From Tubiluchus corallicola (Eukaryota > Animalia > Priapulida): a stretch of DNA of 49,664 bases. The notes below the pieces were generated by a model, which saw only the letters and a program-made list of their open reading frames with translations, did not search any database and was not told where the DNA came from. A program made the translations under genes and the position numbers. Shown piece after piece: positions 12,985 to 25,440 of this stretch. The stretch spans positions 1-49,664 of the forward strand of contig JAQGDQ010001287.1 of NCBI GenBank assembly GCA_030141605.1, given 5' to 3'. Numbering within the stretch: the first letter of the stretch is position 1; each line of letters opens with the position of its first letter.

Positions 12985-15900
12985 CTTTAATTGTACTAAG
13001 TGTAATAAAACTTGCAAAGCAAATCAAAACTCAATTCAATGTGATGTGTGTTCCCTCTGGACACATCTAAAGTGTACAATGTTGTCTCATCATGATTTTG
13101 TAAATTTAGCAAGTTCTAATGACAGTTACTTCTGCCAGCAATGCATTAATGATGTGCTTCCTTTGCAGTTCATTGATGATGATGAATTTATGGAAATGAC
13201 TAATCACTATCAATTTTCTAATTTTGTAAAAGATTTATCTTGCTTTTCATCAATTTATGACTCTTCTTCGCTAGTCCACTGTAATAGAGATGATACAGAC
13301 ATCGACAATTATAGACTTCAGTATGACAGCAAATACATTAATCTTGCAAATCTGAGTAGTGATAAATCCACAGATAAAGCAAACAATGACACATTTATAA
13401 TACACTTTAACACATCAAGTTTGAGGAAATACTATTCAGACATGACTGATACATTAACACAATTTCAAAAAATGCCTGAGTTAATAGCGATCTCGGAAAC
13501 CAGAATTCACGAATCTGACACTTTTTTATGTAACATTCCAGGATATTCTTTCTCACATTATGATTCCAATACAGCTGCTGGTGGCGTAGGTGTGTATGTA
13601 AAATCTAGCCTCAATTTTAAAATTAAACCTGAATACAAAATAAGAACTTGTAAAAATGTTATTGTTAATGGGATTAGTACAACTAGTAGACTAGCACTTG
13701 AGGACCTGTGGCTTGAAATTGCTTCCACCGATAACAAAAAATCTTTTATAATTGGAATAATATATAGGCATCCAAACACCCCAGTCGAACATTTTCATGA
13801 CGAATTAGAATCAGTTCTTTGCACTATCAATTCCACAGGCAAACCAGCTTATATATGTGGAGACATTAATATAGACTTATATCAACATGATAACAAACCA
13901 TTTATTAATAAGTATCTGAACATGCTCTTCTCAAATCAATTTACACCAATTATCACGCGACCAACTAGAATTACTCCAACGTCACACACCCTAATTGATC
14001 ATATTTATACTAATAATCTTTCTACACCCATCACATCTGGCATCATTACTAACCCCATTGCGGACCACTTGCCAATATTTGCCATTATAAGAAATACTAA
14101 TCTCCTGCACAACAACATTAAAAAAACAGTCAGATGTACGAGATCATTCAATCAAGGTAACTTTTTAAGCGAGCTTCAAGTTAATATAAGTAACCTAACA
14201 CTGAATGATGGCGAAGCAGACATACACTCTTACTGCTCACAATTCATGGACTCGTTTAAAACATTACTTGACAAACATGCCCCACTCAAAACGTTATCAA
14301 GGAAAAACTCAAAAACTATAGCTAAACCATGGATCACTCCCGGCATTCTCAATTCTATTAAAACAAGAAGCCGTATGTATACAACACACAAGTTATCCAA
14401 CTCACTGTATAAGCAAAATTTATATAAAACATATTCTAACAAACTTAATCACATCAAACATGCATCCAAAAAGAAGTATTACTCCCAGATATTGCTTGCA
14501 AACAAAAATAGCATGAAACAAACTTGGAGCACTATCAGTGAACTTCTCAAAATTAAAAAAAAGACAGCAAGTATAATGCCAACTAAAGTTTGTTACCAAG
14601 GCACAACCTCATGCGACCCGCACCATAAAGCTAATGCTTTTAACAGTTTTTTTGCAAACATTGGTATATCACTGGCATCACGCATAACACAACCCCAAAA
14701 CTGTAAGTATACAGACTATTTAATGCATCCCCAAGAAAATTCTTTCTATATCACACCAGTTAGCGAAATCGAGATTTCCCAAGCTATTGATAGACTAGAT
14801 CCCAATAAAGCAAAAGGCCCTTATGACATCCCAATTACATATTTCAAAATGTCAAAAAACATAATCTTAGCTCCGCTTACAAATCTGTTTAATGCGTCAA
14901 TTCTGACTGGGACATTCCCCGACACTTTAAAACTGGCAAAAGTAATCCCCATATATAAAAAAGATGGTCCAAATGAGCTGAACAACTACCGACCTATCTC
15001 AGTCATATCACCCATTGCCAAAATTTTTGAGTCAATTTTATATAAACGCCTGATGACATATTTAATCAAAAATGATACAATATCATGTTTTCAATTCGGT
15101 TTCCGCAAAAATCATTCCACAATATTAGCAACTGCTGAAATCATAGACAATCTTCTGACAAACCTAGACAATAAATTACTTACCTGCGGCATTTTTCTTG
15201 ATTTAACAAAAGCTTTTGACACCGTTCAACACGACATTCTACTCAACAAAATGGACTATTATGGTATCCGTGGAATCACGCAAAAACTATTCCAGTCATA
15301 TCTTACGAACAGACACCAATTTACGGTAGTTGACAATTTTGCCTCTGACCTATGCTCAATACAATGTGGTGTACCTCAAGGATCCACCTTGGGTCCACTT
15401 CTTTTCCTGATATATATAAATGACCTCCCTCTTTGTACTAACATGCAAACACGACTTTTTGCTGATGACACTAACCTCTTCTTAGCAGACAACGATACGC
15501 AAAATCTTGAGCTTAAAAGTAATGAAGAACTGATCAAAATTAACACACGGATGCGTACAAATAAGTTAACAGTAAACTATAATAAAACAAAATTTATGAT
15601 CATAAGAAATAAATTTGAAAACAATGAAAACTCCATTATAACAGTATCCATGCAAGACTGTTTATTAGAACAAGTATCAGACATAAAATATCTGGGCGTC
15701 TACATAGATGACACCCTTAATTGGTCAACACACATAAAAATATTACCTACAAAGTAAGCAAAGTTACAGGTATATTTTTTAAATTGAGGCATTACTTGAG
15801 CACGGATATACTAAAAATGATTTACTTTGCCATTGTGTACCCACACATTAACTACTGTATCTTATCGTGGGGCACAGCAAAAAAATCTGTTGTGAAACCA

Positions 15901-16298
15901 CTTACAGCAGCACATAAAAAAATTATCAAAACAAAAGGACTTCTGCTGGGTTCCGAGATCATGCTACCCCCTCCTATTATGCTTTGCAATTATTAAAAAT
16001 TAATGAAATTTATAAGCTTGAGTTAGCGAAATTCATGTTCAACTATAAAAAGGGCATTCTACCTAAATTATACGGCAATTATTTCAAAAAGATTAGTGAC
16101 GTTCACCAGTATTCTACGAGAGCAGCTACCAAACAAAACTATTTTCAGGAAAGATTTAACACAACAAAAGGTTTACAAACTTTAAAACATAATGGTACAG
16201 TTCTATGGAATACTCTTTCAGATGATCTTCAGCAATCAACTAGTATCTGTCACTTAAGTAAATTATATAAATGTCAACTCTTGCAAACTTATTACTGA
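12977..16298 (+). CDS. LINE ORF2: PHD finger, APE endonuclease and reverse transcriptase; two frameshifts near 15740 and 15935
   Basis: C4HC3 PHD at the N-terminus. APE motifs IAISET, GGVGVY, IYRHP, GDIN, IDHIY and DHLP. RT motifs YRPIS, QFGFR, FLDLTKAFD, GVPQGSTLGP, FADD and KYLG. The C-terminus continues in ORFs 15721-15996 and 15984-16298. Confidence 0.93.
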
Positions 16299-18924
16299 AC
16301 AACTTTTATTCCTTTTGCAAGAGCAGTTACTGTTATAGCAGAATCAATTAACTTCCATATTTAATTGTTTATTGTCTAACTTCTGTAGATCATTTTCAAA
16401 GTCTGGACTCCAATTGTCAATCTCCTCATGCAGTCATACACGTAATTTTTTGTGCTCTAACTATCTGCCAATTTATTTTACATCAGATCATCAAAAATCG
16501 CTCTGTATTTTTTTTTTACATTATGCTTGCGTTATAAAGTAAATTTCAGTTGCCATTGTTATTATGTTCCTGATGTCAGATTTTTATTTCAGTTCTTGTT
16601 TCAGTCCTTATTTCAGTTATCTTCAGTTTGATTTTTTTATTATTATTATTATGCACTTATTATTACTGTGTATGAATTGTACTAACACATTATAAGCATA
16701 TCATTATCAATTTTATGTCATTCCTAACAATTTAGTTTTTATTATAAGCAGTACTAACACTAATACACTGTAGCATAGCGCCTTTAAAAAATGTTCATCA
16801 CTAACCAAAGGGCAGCTGACTAGATGACCAATTGGTCTTTCGCTGCCCTTTCTTCACATTTTTGTTGCTAAATTAATTGTATTGTAACTGTGTGTGTTAA
16901 AAGATAAATAAAAGATTATTATTATTATTATTATTATTATTAGTACATATTAAGTTCAGAAATAGCTTTGCCTCGCAACGTGGGAAAACGAACTTCCCTT
17001 TAACTGCAGTTAGTACATATTAAGTTTAGAGATAGAATTCCCTTTAAACGTTGGGAAACTTTACTTTCCTTTAACTACATTTGGTACATATTAAGTTCAG
17101 AGATAGCTTTGCCTCGCAACGTAGGAAAACGAACTTCCCTTTAACTGCAGTTAGTACATATTAAGTTTAGAGATAGCATTCCCTTTAAACGTTGGGAAAC
17201 TTTACTTTCCTTTAACTACAGTTGGTACATATTAAGTTATGAGATAGCTTTGCCCCCCAAACGCGGGGATAGACCCGCTTCGTCAACTTTCACAGCATTC
17301 AGGATTTCTCAACGAGCTATTTCCTGCCTTTGACTTTATACAAGGCCCATCATTATACAGTTACACGGTTAATGATGCGATAAGACAGGTTTCCTTTATA
17401 CGTACTTGCGCAACAAAACTACAAAAGTAATTATGTACTCTTTTTTAAGTACTTCATGCAGGTGTTTATACAGAACAATTAATAATTGGTTTACTTCGGA
17501 AATGCGTTTCCGACACTATGCGCCATAGTTATTCGTTTATAAAATGCTATGCAACTTGACCTGTCTTACGAACGTTAAAGCAAAAGCCATGTCTCTCGGG
17601 AAGTTCAGCTTATTTTAATATTTTGGGAAAATGTTATAAACTTTTTAAAGTCGTGATCACTTTACACTTGGGCGGGCTCATTTAAAAAAAAATGGCGTCA
17701 TCTGGTTTCCGTGCAATATAAACACCGGCAGGTGCATCACATATTTAACTTATAGAGCGAACGCAAACTAAGTAACCAGCCCGGTACCTACTACGTTCTG
17801 GCAAGTTTACATGCGTATCTAAAAGCCAACAAAAATCTCTAAATTAATTATTTACACAATTAATGTTAATATTAAAGCGACGTAACTACTTTAAATTTGA
17901 TCATAATTGATCGAATGACTAATTTTTGCATAAACACAGTTAAACACAACATTAGAATAACGGAACTTCTAAGCAAATTGTAGAAATTTCTCAACGCGTA
18001 TTTTCACACAGCTGGCCTTAACAGCATTCACGCTGCCCAGCGGTCACCAGCTTACGTCATTTTTTTCAAATATCTGGCATCAACGTTCATTTGGGAGATA
18101 AGAAATATTTAAATTTCTTTTACATTTTTAAGTAAAGCGTTCTATGCGCATAATTTGTATCGTGATTTCAATATTTTTAATTGACATTAAAATGCAATAA
18201 ATGCTGTTCGAGGGTTCGTTCTTCTTTTAAGCATAGTCAGAATAGGAAAATATCAGATAATCAACGTGGGATCATTGTTATTGCTGGTAAAATGTGACCA
18301 TAAAACGATTTTCCAATTCTCGGCGATATTACGGTAATTTTTATGAGTGTGTCGACCTGTCACATTTCACACGTCGCTCTTCGCTAATGCTGATTTAGAG
18401 ACAACATCAATGCGCAAAGGGTCGAGTCAACTTAACCCTTGACCGACCGATGTGGGGTAAAAATTACCTCAGGAGTGTTTGCTCACATTTTTTATATTGA
18501 TGCACACAACGAAAATTTTTCAAACTCGTAGTGATTAAATATTTTTGAAATATTTCTTGAAAAACTTGAAGACTTGAAAAAGCAAACATTATGCAAATAA
18601 TAGTGCACAAACAATACAGTGCAATAGTGGAAACCTTTTTTATCCTTGGCGACCTCATATATTTATGCCAACTTGCCACAGAACTTGGTTTTGCACTAAT
18701 AGGAGCATCTCAATTACCAGTTGGCCATTCTGTTCAGTTAGTAACGCATATTAAGCAAAACGTTCATGGAGTAATCTTTTACCCTGCTTGGTATTTATGA
18801 TAATATAAAACTCTTGGTCGGCTAAAGGTGAAGTGACACTACAAGTATAAAGTTTTACGTGTACAATTTGCCTGGCAATTCTTGGCAAACATTTTACTCA
18901 GAAAGTTTGCGTTATTTAGAATCA

Positions 18925-19551
18925 TTAAAGGAAGGCAAGATGATTTTTCACATACTACCCTATTTTCAAGTACGGTAAAATGTATACATCTTAACACAAC
19001 TGATACTGCAAAAGCGTTTTTGGTAATTAAATTACAGATTAAAAACTTAATTAACGGCAGGCGAGCCCAACTATTCATGACATCATAAACTAACATGATT
19101 TTCAGCATCAAAAATATTCCGCGAGCGCGTTGCACGTGTTTGTGAAAACGAAAATTGAAGTACAGTGCTACTGCAAGATATCCAGTGTGTTGTACTAAAA
19201 CTAGGCAAGCTTTAAGATGCAAATTCAAATCTCAAATTTACCGCTGTGTCACGCATGAGCTGTCGAACATGTGCAGCACGTCACAGACGAACACCTCGGA
19301 AGTGAGAGATACAGCACTTGTTTTTTGTGTAACGAATTTTCGAAATGCAGGCGCTAGTGCCCGTCTAACTAGCGAATAGCGAAACGCATGTAACAGCGAA
19401 AAACTAGTAGCCCAAACGTGAAATTGAGTTTGTGTGGTAATAATTCTTTCACCTAAGTCATTTTTGAAAAAAATAGTATGTTTCCTTTCAAGTATTTTAA
19501 GGAGTATATTGTTTGACCTACAGTTTACGATTGGGTCCGGTTTTGCTTTAA
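18925..19551 (+). mobile_element. TTAA-flanked (Kolobok-like) element family C
   Basis: ttaa|aggaag ... ccggttttgct|ttaa; homologous to 34069-34674, 24039-24566 and 44587-45165. Confidence 0.8.
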
Positions 19552-19572
19552 CTATAAAACCCATAAATGTAC

Positions 19573-19704
19573 CTTTTTATAAATAAAGTCGATATTTGTC
19601 CGCACAACTCGTCGGTTTAGGGGCGTCGGTGTGCGGAAGTTATTGCCCAATGATTCGGGATGGTCCTCTTTCCGGCCTTTTTGTAAATGGCGCAGAGAAT
19701 TTAA
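19573..19704 (-). CDS. CA10: CA10/CA11-like exon (near C-terminus)
   Basis: ttgcag acceptor. Encodes LNSLRHLQKGRKEDHPESLGNNFRTPTPLNRRVVRTNIDFIYKK (NNFR...PLN.R..RTNI). The 3' boundary is uncertain: either a weak gtacat donor or read-through to a nearby TAG. Confidence 0.85.
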
Positions 19705-20059
19705 CTGCAATACAACAGATTACAAATTAGTCTACAGAAAAATTAATTTGCTTAGACTGCTGTTATCAACCTTTGTATATCATGCTTTGTCTGCAAGCAA
19801 AGAAGCTAAACTGTGTGTGAAAGAATGAATGAGTCTGGCGACCTGTGTCATTTTACTTGTCGATTTTTGCTAATTATACTAAATTTACATGGAACATCAT
19901 TGTGTAAAGTATTAGAGATCATAGGCTTATAGGTATGAGGTTCACCTGACAACTATTAACCTAAATATAGCTTATTTAGTTTAAATAAAGCAGATTTTTG
20001 AGCTGATATGTGAAACCTCAACACACCCTAGATACGACCAACAGTAAACAACGCTTACA

Positions 20060-20620
20060 ATGTAAAGTTGCAATGCAATGTAAAGTTACAGTGACTCATG
20101 GCGTACCACAAGGATCTATACTTGGTCCACGTCTGTTTCTGTTTCTGTTAGCCCATTTACATTATTGATATTCAGAATAGTACCCAAAATCTGAAACTTT
20201 TTTAATTTGCTGATATTGCCAGCATATTTTTTGAAGTCAACAATATGTTAAATATCAATATGACAAATAATAAATTAACTAACATTGCAACTTGGTTTAA
20301 GATAAACAAACTGGCCCAGGTTAAACCCTACCAAAACCGAGTACATTATTTTTAGAGCCCGTAATAAATTATTTGACACCAATGAAGCTGTAAAAATTGA
20401 AAATCACCCTGTTGAACGAGTCCACGAAACGATTGGGGATATTAATTTGAAGTTGGGTAAAAAATTGTTTTACCAAAACATATTTGATCACATTTTACAA
20501 CAGTCTAATATTGCCATACTTTACTTATTGCAGTGTACTTTGGGATATACATATCCCACTAACTTGCTTAAACTTAGTGTTTCAACAGAAATTTTCTAGA
20601 TTAGTTAGCAATTATAAAAT
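20060..20620 (+). pseudogene. Decayed CR1/L2-type reverse transcriptase fragment
   Basis: GVPQGSILGPRLFL at about 20100, an FAD remnant at about 20207 and LILPYFTYCSVLW at about 20505; multiple stops and frameshifts. Confidence 0.75.
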
Positions 20621-21217
20621 GCTTTAGATTACTTTAATAAATAATTTAATAAATAAACCGAATGTGCACAAAACGAACGTCAAGCTTAGTGGTTACTCTG
20701 GCGCAGCAATCCCACTTCTGACACCATATAAAGTTTGGGTCCGTATATATATATATATATATAATAACACTTGAGTAAAATTAAAGTAACCCTTTCATCC
20801 AAAATTTTGTTTAACAAATGCAGGTTACGACATTATCATTTTAGACACGCAATCGCGATCCACTTTTTAATTCAATTCAACTATGATTTGTTACTTATCA
20901 TTACAGTGACCGTGTGAGCCTGTCTTTATTTAAGCAAAATTCTACTATAGTTCTTGATTATTTACAAAATAGTAACTGGATGGACGGCCAAGAATAAAAC
21001 CATTTCTGGGCTCTGGCAATTTTCGTTGAGAAAGGTTGAGACACACGTCCCAGCACTGCTAAAACACCTCCCCCCATGCTGATTCAGTGTCTCGAGTGGA
21101 AGATTGTTCTGGCGTGTTCTTATTGTTTATGGCTAATGTCTTTTAATTGTCTTTTTATTGTGAATGCAATCTCATTTAGTTTCTAAACTACAATTTTTGT
21201 ATGAAAAAAACATATCT

Positions 21218-21252
21218 GTTTGTCTGTCTGTCTGTTTCTCTGTCTGTCTGTC

Positions 21253-21317
<65 letters not shown>

Positions 21318-21530
21318 ATACCTACATGCCTAACTAAATACCAATCTATCTATTTATCTATCTATCTGTCTATCTACTTATCTATCTTTCTGTCTATTTA
21401 TCTGTCTGTCTGTCTGTTTAGCTATCTACCCATCCATCCATCCATCCATCCACCCATCCATCCATCCATCCGTCCATCCATCCATACACCTATCCATTCA
21501 TCCACCCATCCACACATCCATCCATCCACG
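21218..21530. repeat. Compound tetranucleotide microsatellite (TCTG)n-(TCTA)n-(TCCA)n
   Basis: Direct inspection. Confidence 0.95.
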
Positions 21531-21637
21531 TATGGATGGATGTAATACGTAATTACAAAAAATTCTCAACAGAAAACTCAGAAAGCCAATCAACAGAAAG
21601 AAGAAATGATGCTTTAAATGAAAGCATGAGTTCTTAC

Positions 21638-21792
21638 CACATTTGGTGTGACGTAAATAGGCTTGTTCATGATTATCCACGTCACAGTTTCGTGACATCC
21701 GGGTTTCGACAGGGAACCCTCATACGATATGTACTGCGTAGTTTCAGGCATAAATTCACTTATGGAAACGTACTTCGCTCTTACCTTCTGAC
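21638..21792 (-). CDS. CA10: CA10/CA11-like exon
   Basis: tag acceptor, gtaaga donor. Encodes GQKVRAKYVSISEFMPETTQYISYEGSLSKPGCHETVTWIIMNKPIYVTPNV (Y.GS...P.C.E.V.W motif). Confidence 0.92.
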
Positions 21793-23230
21793 CTAAAAGT
21801 AACAACGTTTGTGTTAATAACAATGTCTCACTAATCATCATAATTACTATCTCAGCCATCGTTATCATCACTGTCTCGTCATCATTATCATGTACATTAT
21901 AGACATCATCGTCATCAACATCCACGTCGTAACCACAATCAGCACTTATAGCAAGGCTTTTTCTGCTATCGACTGAAAACTCAAAAACAACCTGCTAATC
22001 TCCCTGTCATGTTAAATTTACTTGTACGACAAAACTAAATGTTATACATGCAATTATATCTTCACACGTAAACAAGACATTCAGAGCTTTTTGGAACAAC
22101 AGACCCGAAAAAGTTCCACGTTGCAGAATAGGTTACATCTGTGGTCTACCTTATCCATAGAAAGCCTTAGCCATAGATATATATGTAATTATAAAGACAG
22201 AATTATATTTCTGAATATGTGACGCCTAATTCACGCTAGTGAGTCGAGATCTTGCTCATGCAATATAATCATTACACGAACCGCTGCATCCAGCACCATC
22301 ATCATCGTCATCATCATCATCAACGTCATCATCGCGACAATTATTGTTTTGAAAAATAACATTCTATAACCGAATTTGTAAATAAAATGTTGCAATGCAA
22401 ATTTTACGCAAAAAATGTGTTGTTTTTTGACATTTGTTTGGGTTTTCTGGTGACAAACAAACAAAGTCATCAAGTACTACTTAGTATAATATTTTATTGT
22501 TCGTGCATCATCATCACAGCACATGCTTTCGTCATTTTACTTCATATCTCTCATGTATTGAGACGCCATTTCTCAAAATTATACATTTGATCTGGAATTC
22601 GTTTAATAAACTAATTGATTTCTTATCAAAATGTGAATTACCATTAAGTGAAATTAATCCGAGACTTCCAGTGGATAACTACATAAAATTAAACAAAATA
22701 TGCATACATCTTTGGCATCAAATCGTGAGTTACTCGGAAATTTATCAACAGATCATCACTGCTTTGAACACATCGAAACTTGAAAGACAGGTATTTAAAA
22801 CAAGGACGCTAATATTGAAGACAGATGTTACCACCTTACAGGTAAGAACAGGTAAATTAACTTAATCTAATTAAAATGCATATTTAAGAACAAACTATTT
22901 TGGTTATTTAATAAACAAAAATCCTTAACAACATTTTCTTTATTTTAAAAGCATTACGGGAAAAAAGAGACTAGACATTTTGCTGTTGAAGGGACAAGAC
23001 AGACAATTGCAAACAATGGTGCAGTCAATGGTGCAGACAATGATTGCAAACAACGGTGCATGCCTAGTGTAACAAAACTGGCACATTTTGGTGAGAAAGG
23101 GCTGGTCTCATTTTTTGTTTGTTTAATTCTCTCTGAGTTTGAAATCAACAAAAGTCTGATAAGAAATTAATGGAAACACAAAACAGCAATTTCTGAAGTA
23201 CTGAAGTTACTGTCTTAATTACGATTTGTG

Positions 23231-23921
23231 TTAAAGCACAAGAAAACCCTTCATAAACACAAAGCTTAAAAAATTCATCTTAAAATTTTATACCACTTAC
23301 ATACTGCCTTTTTGCATACAGGACAATCGGCAGTCACGCTGTATACAATGTGTAAATTTAAACTCCCGTGATGACCGTTAGACACAGCCATTTTGACCAT
23401 AAGTCCTTTGAAACAAGTTTAGATAACATTTTGTAAAGTTTGAAAAAATAATCAGAGCATTCGTAGCGCCCATGTCACTAACTAAATAAAATTTAAAATT
23501 ACTGCATCTTGTCAATAAGACTAAAAATACGTTTTTGGCTAGTGAGTGGTGCACCCTGGAGGGTGAGTCAGCGACATTTTACCAATTGGTGAAAACATTT
23601 TAAACAATTAAAAAATTTCTTTTCTAGTTACACACATTTCTAGTTTCCAACAGGTAAGCGAGATGTTAAGTAATATAGATTTGCATGGATAGTTTTTTGG
23701 GACATAGTTTAAAACTTCCTTTTCTTCCCCTGATTTACGTTGTGCGTATATGACATGTAATGGCGACTTCGGAACAGCATTGCGGGAGATTCAAAATGAA
23801 GACAACGAAAATTCCTTTCAACACGAATACGATATATGCATAAAATAGCTGTAAAGTAATAGAATTTTTTAAGGAGATTTTTCTGAACGATACTTCATGT
23901 GCCGCTTTTCTTGTCCTTTAA
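23231..23921. mobile_element. TTAA-flanked element family F
   Basis: ttaa|agcacaagaaaa ... ttttcttgtcct|ttaa TIRs; partial copies at about 9210-9842 and 36688-36770. Confidence 0.7.
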
Positions 23922-24038
23922 GCAGTTAAGACGCGTTCTCGGTATTAATGTACCTAATCTGTGACGAATCGTAAATGTAAAATGTTAATCAACGTATGAC
24001 ATGTTTGAAACTTAATTTTTGCACAGAACACTTTTGCA

Positions 24039-24566
24039 TTAAAGGAAAAGAGTACGATTTTTCAAGTCCTCCGCCATATTTTGAAGTATACATTTCAAGA
24101 CATATAATAATGCGTTTCTATTAATTAGATAATAGTTTAAAAATGATTTAACGGCCGGCGAACACAGTTAGTGAAGACATCAGAAATTAATATAATTTTC
24201 AACAGCACAAACATTCCACGAGCGTGTCGCACGCGTTTCGAAAGCGAAAATTAAAGTACAGTGCTACTGTACAGCACTCAGTGTGTTATACAAAAGCTCG
24301 GCAAATTTTAGCTTTATAATTCAAATTCCAAGCTTACCGCTGTGGAACCAAGTTTACCTACGTCACAACTGAACATCACTGAACCAAGAGGTGCAACACC
24401 TGTTTTTGTGTTTCCGTGACGCAGATGCTAGTGCCCGTCTAACTAGCGAATAGCGAAATGCACCTAACAGCGAAGAACTGCCGCTCGATCGTGTTTATAA
24501 CTATTCTGTTTTAATAACTCTTTCACGCAAGTCATTCTTGAAAAAATAGTATATTCCGTTTCAATA
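24039..24566 (+). mobile_element. Family C, diverged and 3'-truncated copy
   Basis: Shares the aagtacagtgctactgt and gtgcccgtctaactagcgaatagcgaaa blocks. Confidence 0.7.
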
Positions 24567-24606
24567 TATGTAATAATTTACTTAGTTTTTAAAAAAATGT
24601 GTACGT

Positions 24607-25068
24607 TATTTTAAATACAAACGTAACGCATTTGCGACTATAACAACGAATGGTAACAACGTGCTACTTACAGCTAAAATTTAAAAGAGTATCCCAGGCG
24701 GGATTCGAACCACAATCCCCTATTTTAAATACAAACGTAGCGCATTTGAGACTTTATTGCAACGAGTGGTAACAACGTGCTACTTACAGCTAAAATTTAA
24801 AAGAGATCCCTGGTGGGATTCGAACCACAATCCCCTATTTTAAATACAAACGTAGCGCATTTGAGACTTTATTGCAACGAGTGGTAACAACGTGCTACTT
24901 ACAGCTAAAATTTAAAAGAGTATCCCAGGCGGGATTCGAAACCACAATCTCTTATTTTAAATACAAACGTAGCGCATTTGAGATTTTATTACAACGAGGG
25001 GTAACAACGTGCTACTGACTGCTAAAATTTAAAACAGTACCCCAGGTGGGATTCGAACCCACAATCCC
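24607..25068 (-). repeat. ~115-bp tandem repeat (four units) of the tRNA-Arg 3' part plus trailer
   Basis: Units start at 24607, 24721, 24836 and 24953; each ends in cccagg.gggattcgaacc(c)acaatcccc. Confidence 0.92.
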
Positions 25069-25110
25069 CGGCTTAGGAGGCCGATGCCTTATCCGTTAGG
25101 CCACTAGGGC
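25038..25110 (-). tRNA. tRNA-Arg (anticodon CCT)
   Basis: Reverse complement GCCCTAGTGGCCTAACGGATAAGGCATCGGCCTCCTAAGCCGGGGATTGTGGGTTCGAATCCCACCTGGGGTA, 73 nt. Full cloverleaf, A and B boxes, and a TTTT terminator just downstream. Confidence 0.95.
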
Positions 25111-25440
25111 TTAGACGCAAATCAATTTGCCTATTACTGGTAACCTGTTCAGGGTTTATCACATGTTGCCAGTCACAACTCACTTTTAGAAGGTTATTTC
25201 CGCATTCTATCTAAAGTAACGCGTGCCTGGCTAGCTAACACGAGTGCCTGAATTCCTGACTGAGATTACACGCCTGCGTGGGTGCGATGAGTGCTGTGCA
25301 AAAACATAACCTAAAAATAAATCCCTGAGCAAAGAGTCTGGGCACGTCCAGTTTAAAAGTTGCTAATATGAATCTTCATACAGTATGCAATGAAAGACAG
25401 TAGCTTGCACTTGAACGTAATATGGAAATGAAGTTGTCAA

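Larger units (their letters stand above)
11849..16941 (+). mobile_element. Full-length CR1/L2-group (Crack/Daphne-like) non-LTR retrotransposon
   Basis: 5'UTR, ORF1, ORF2, a 3'UTR stem-loop (16807-16851), AATAAA and an (ATT)n tail. It interrupts a host tandem-repeat unit at ...actacagtt | tagtacatat... with no long TSD. Confidence 0.93.
11350..17515. mobile_element. Helentron/HINE-like non-autonomous element, copy 1 (interrupted by the LINE)
   Basis: 11355-11848 and 16941-17513 align by eye to 34855-36230. Central ~71-bp tandem array and a terminal hairpin tcggaaa-tgcg-tttccga. Confidence 0.6.

Noticed and set aside
12555-14442. Minus-strand ORFs within the LINE (12555-12908, 13558-13779, 14230-14442)
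   Set aside because: Antisense shadows of ORF1 and ORF2 with no recognisable motifs.
18839-18871. Candidate last CARP exon (ANCTRKTLYL*)
   Set aside because: Weak acceptor and only a single Cys as support; cannot be distinguished from chance.
22641-22677. 37-nt candidate CARP exon (LSTGSLGLISLNG) with AG/GT ends
   Set aside because: Phase-compatible but without similarity to CARPs; 27034-27100 fits the family much better.
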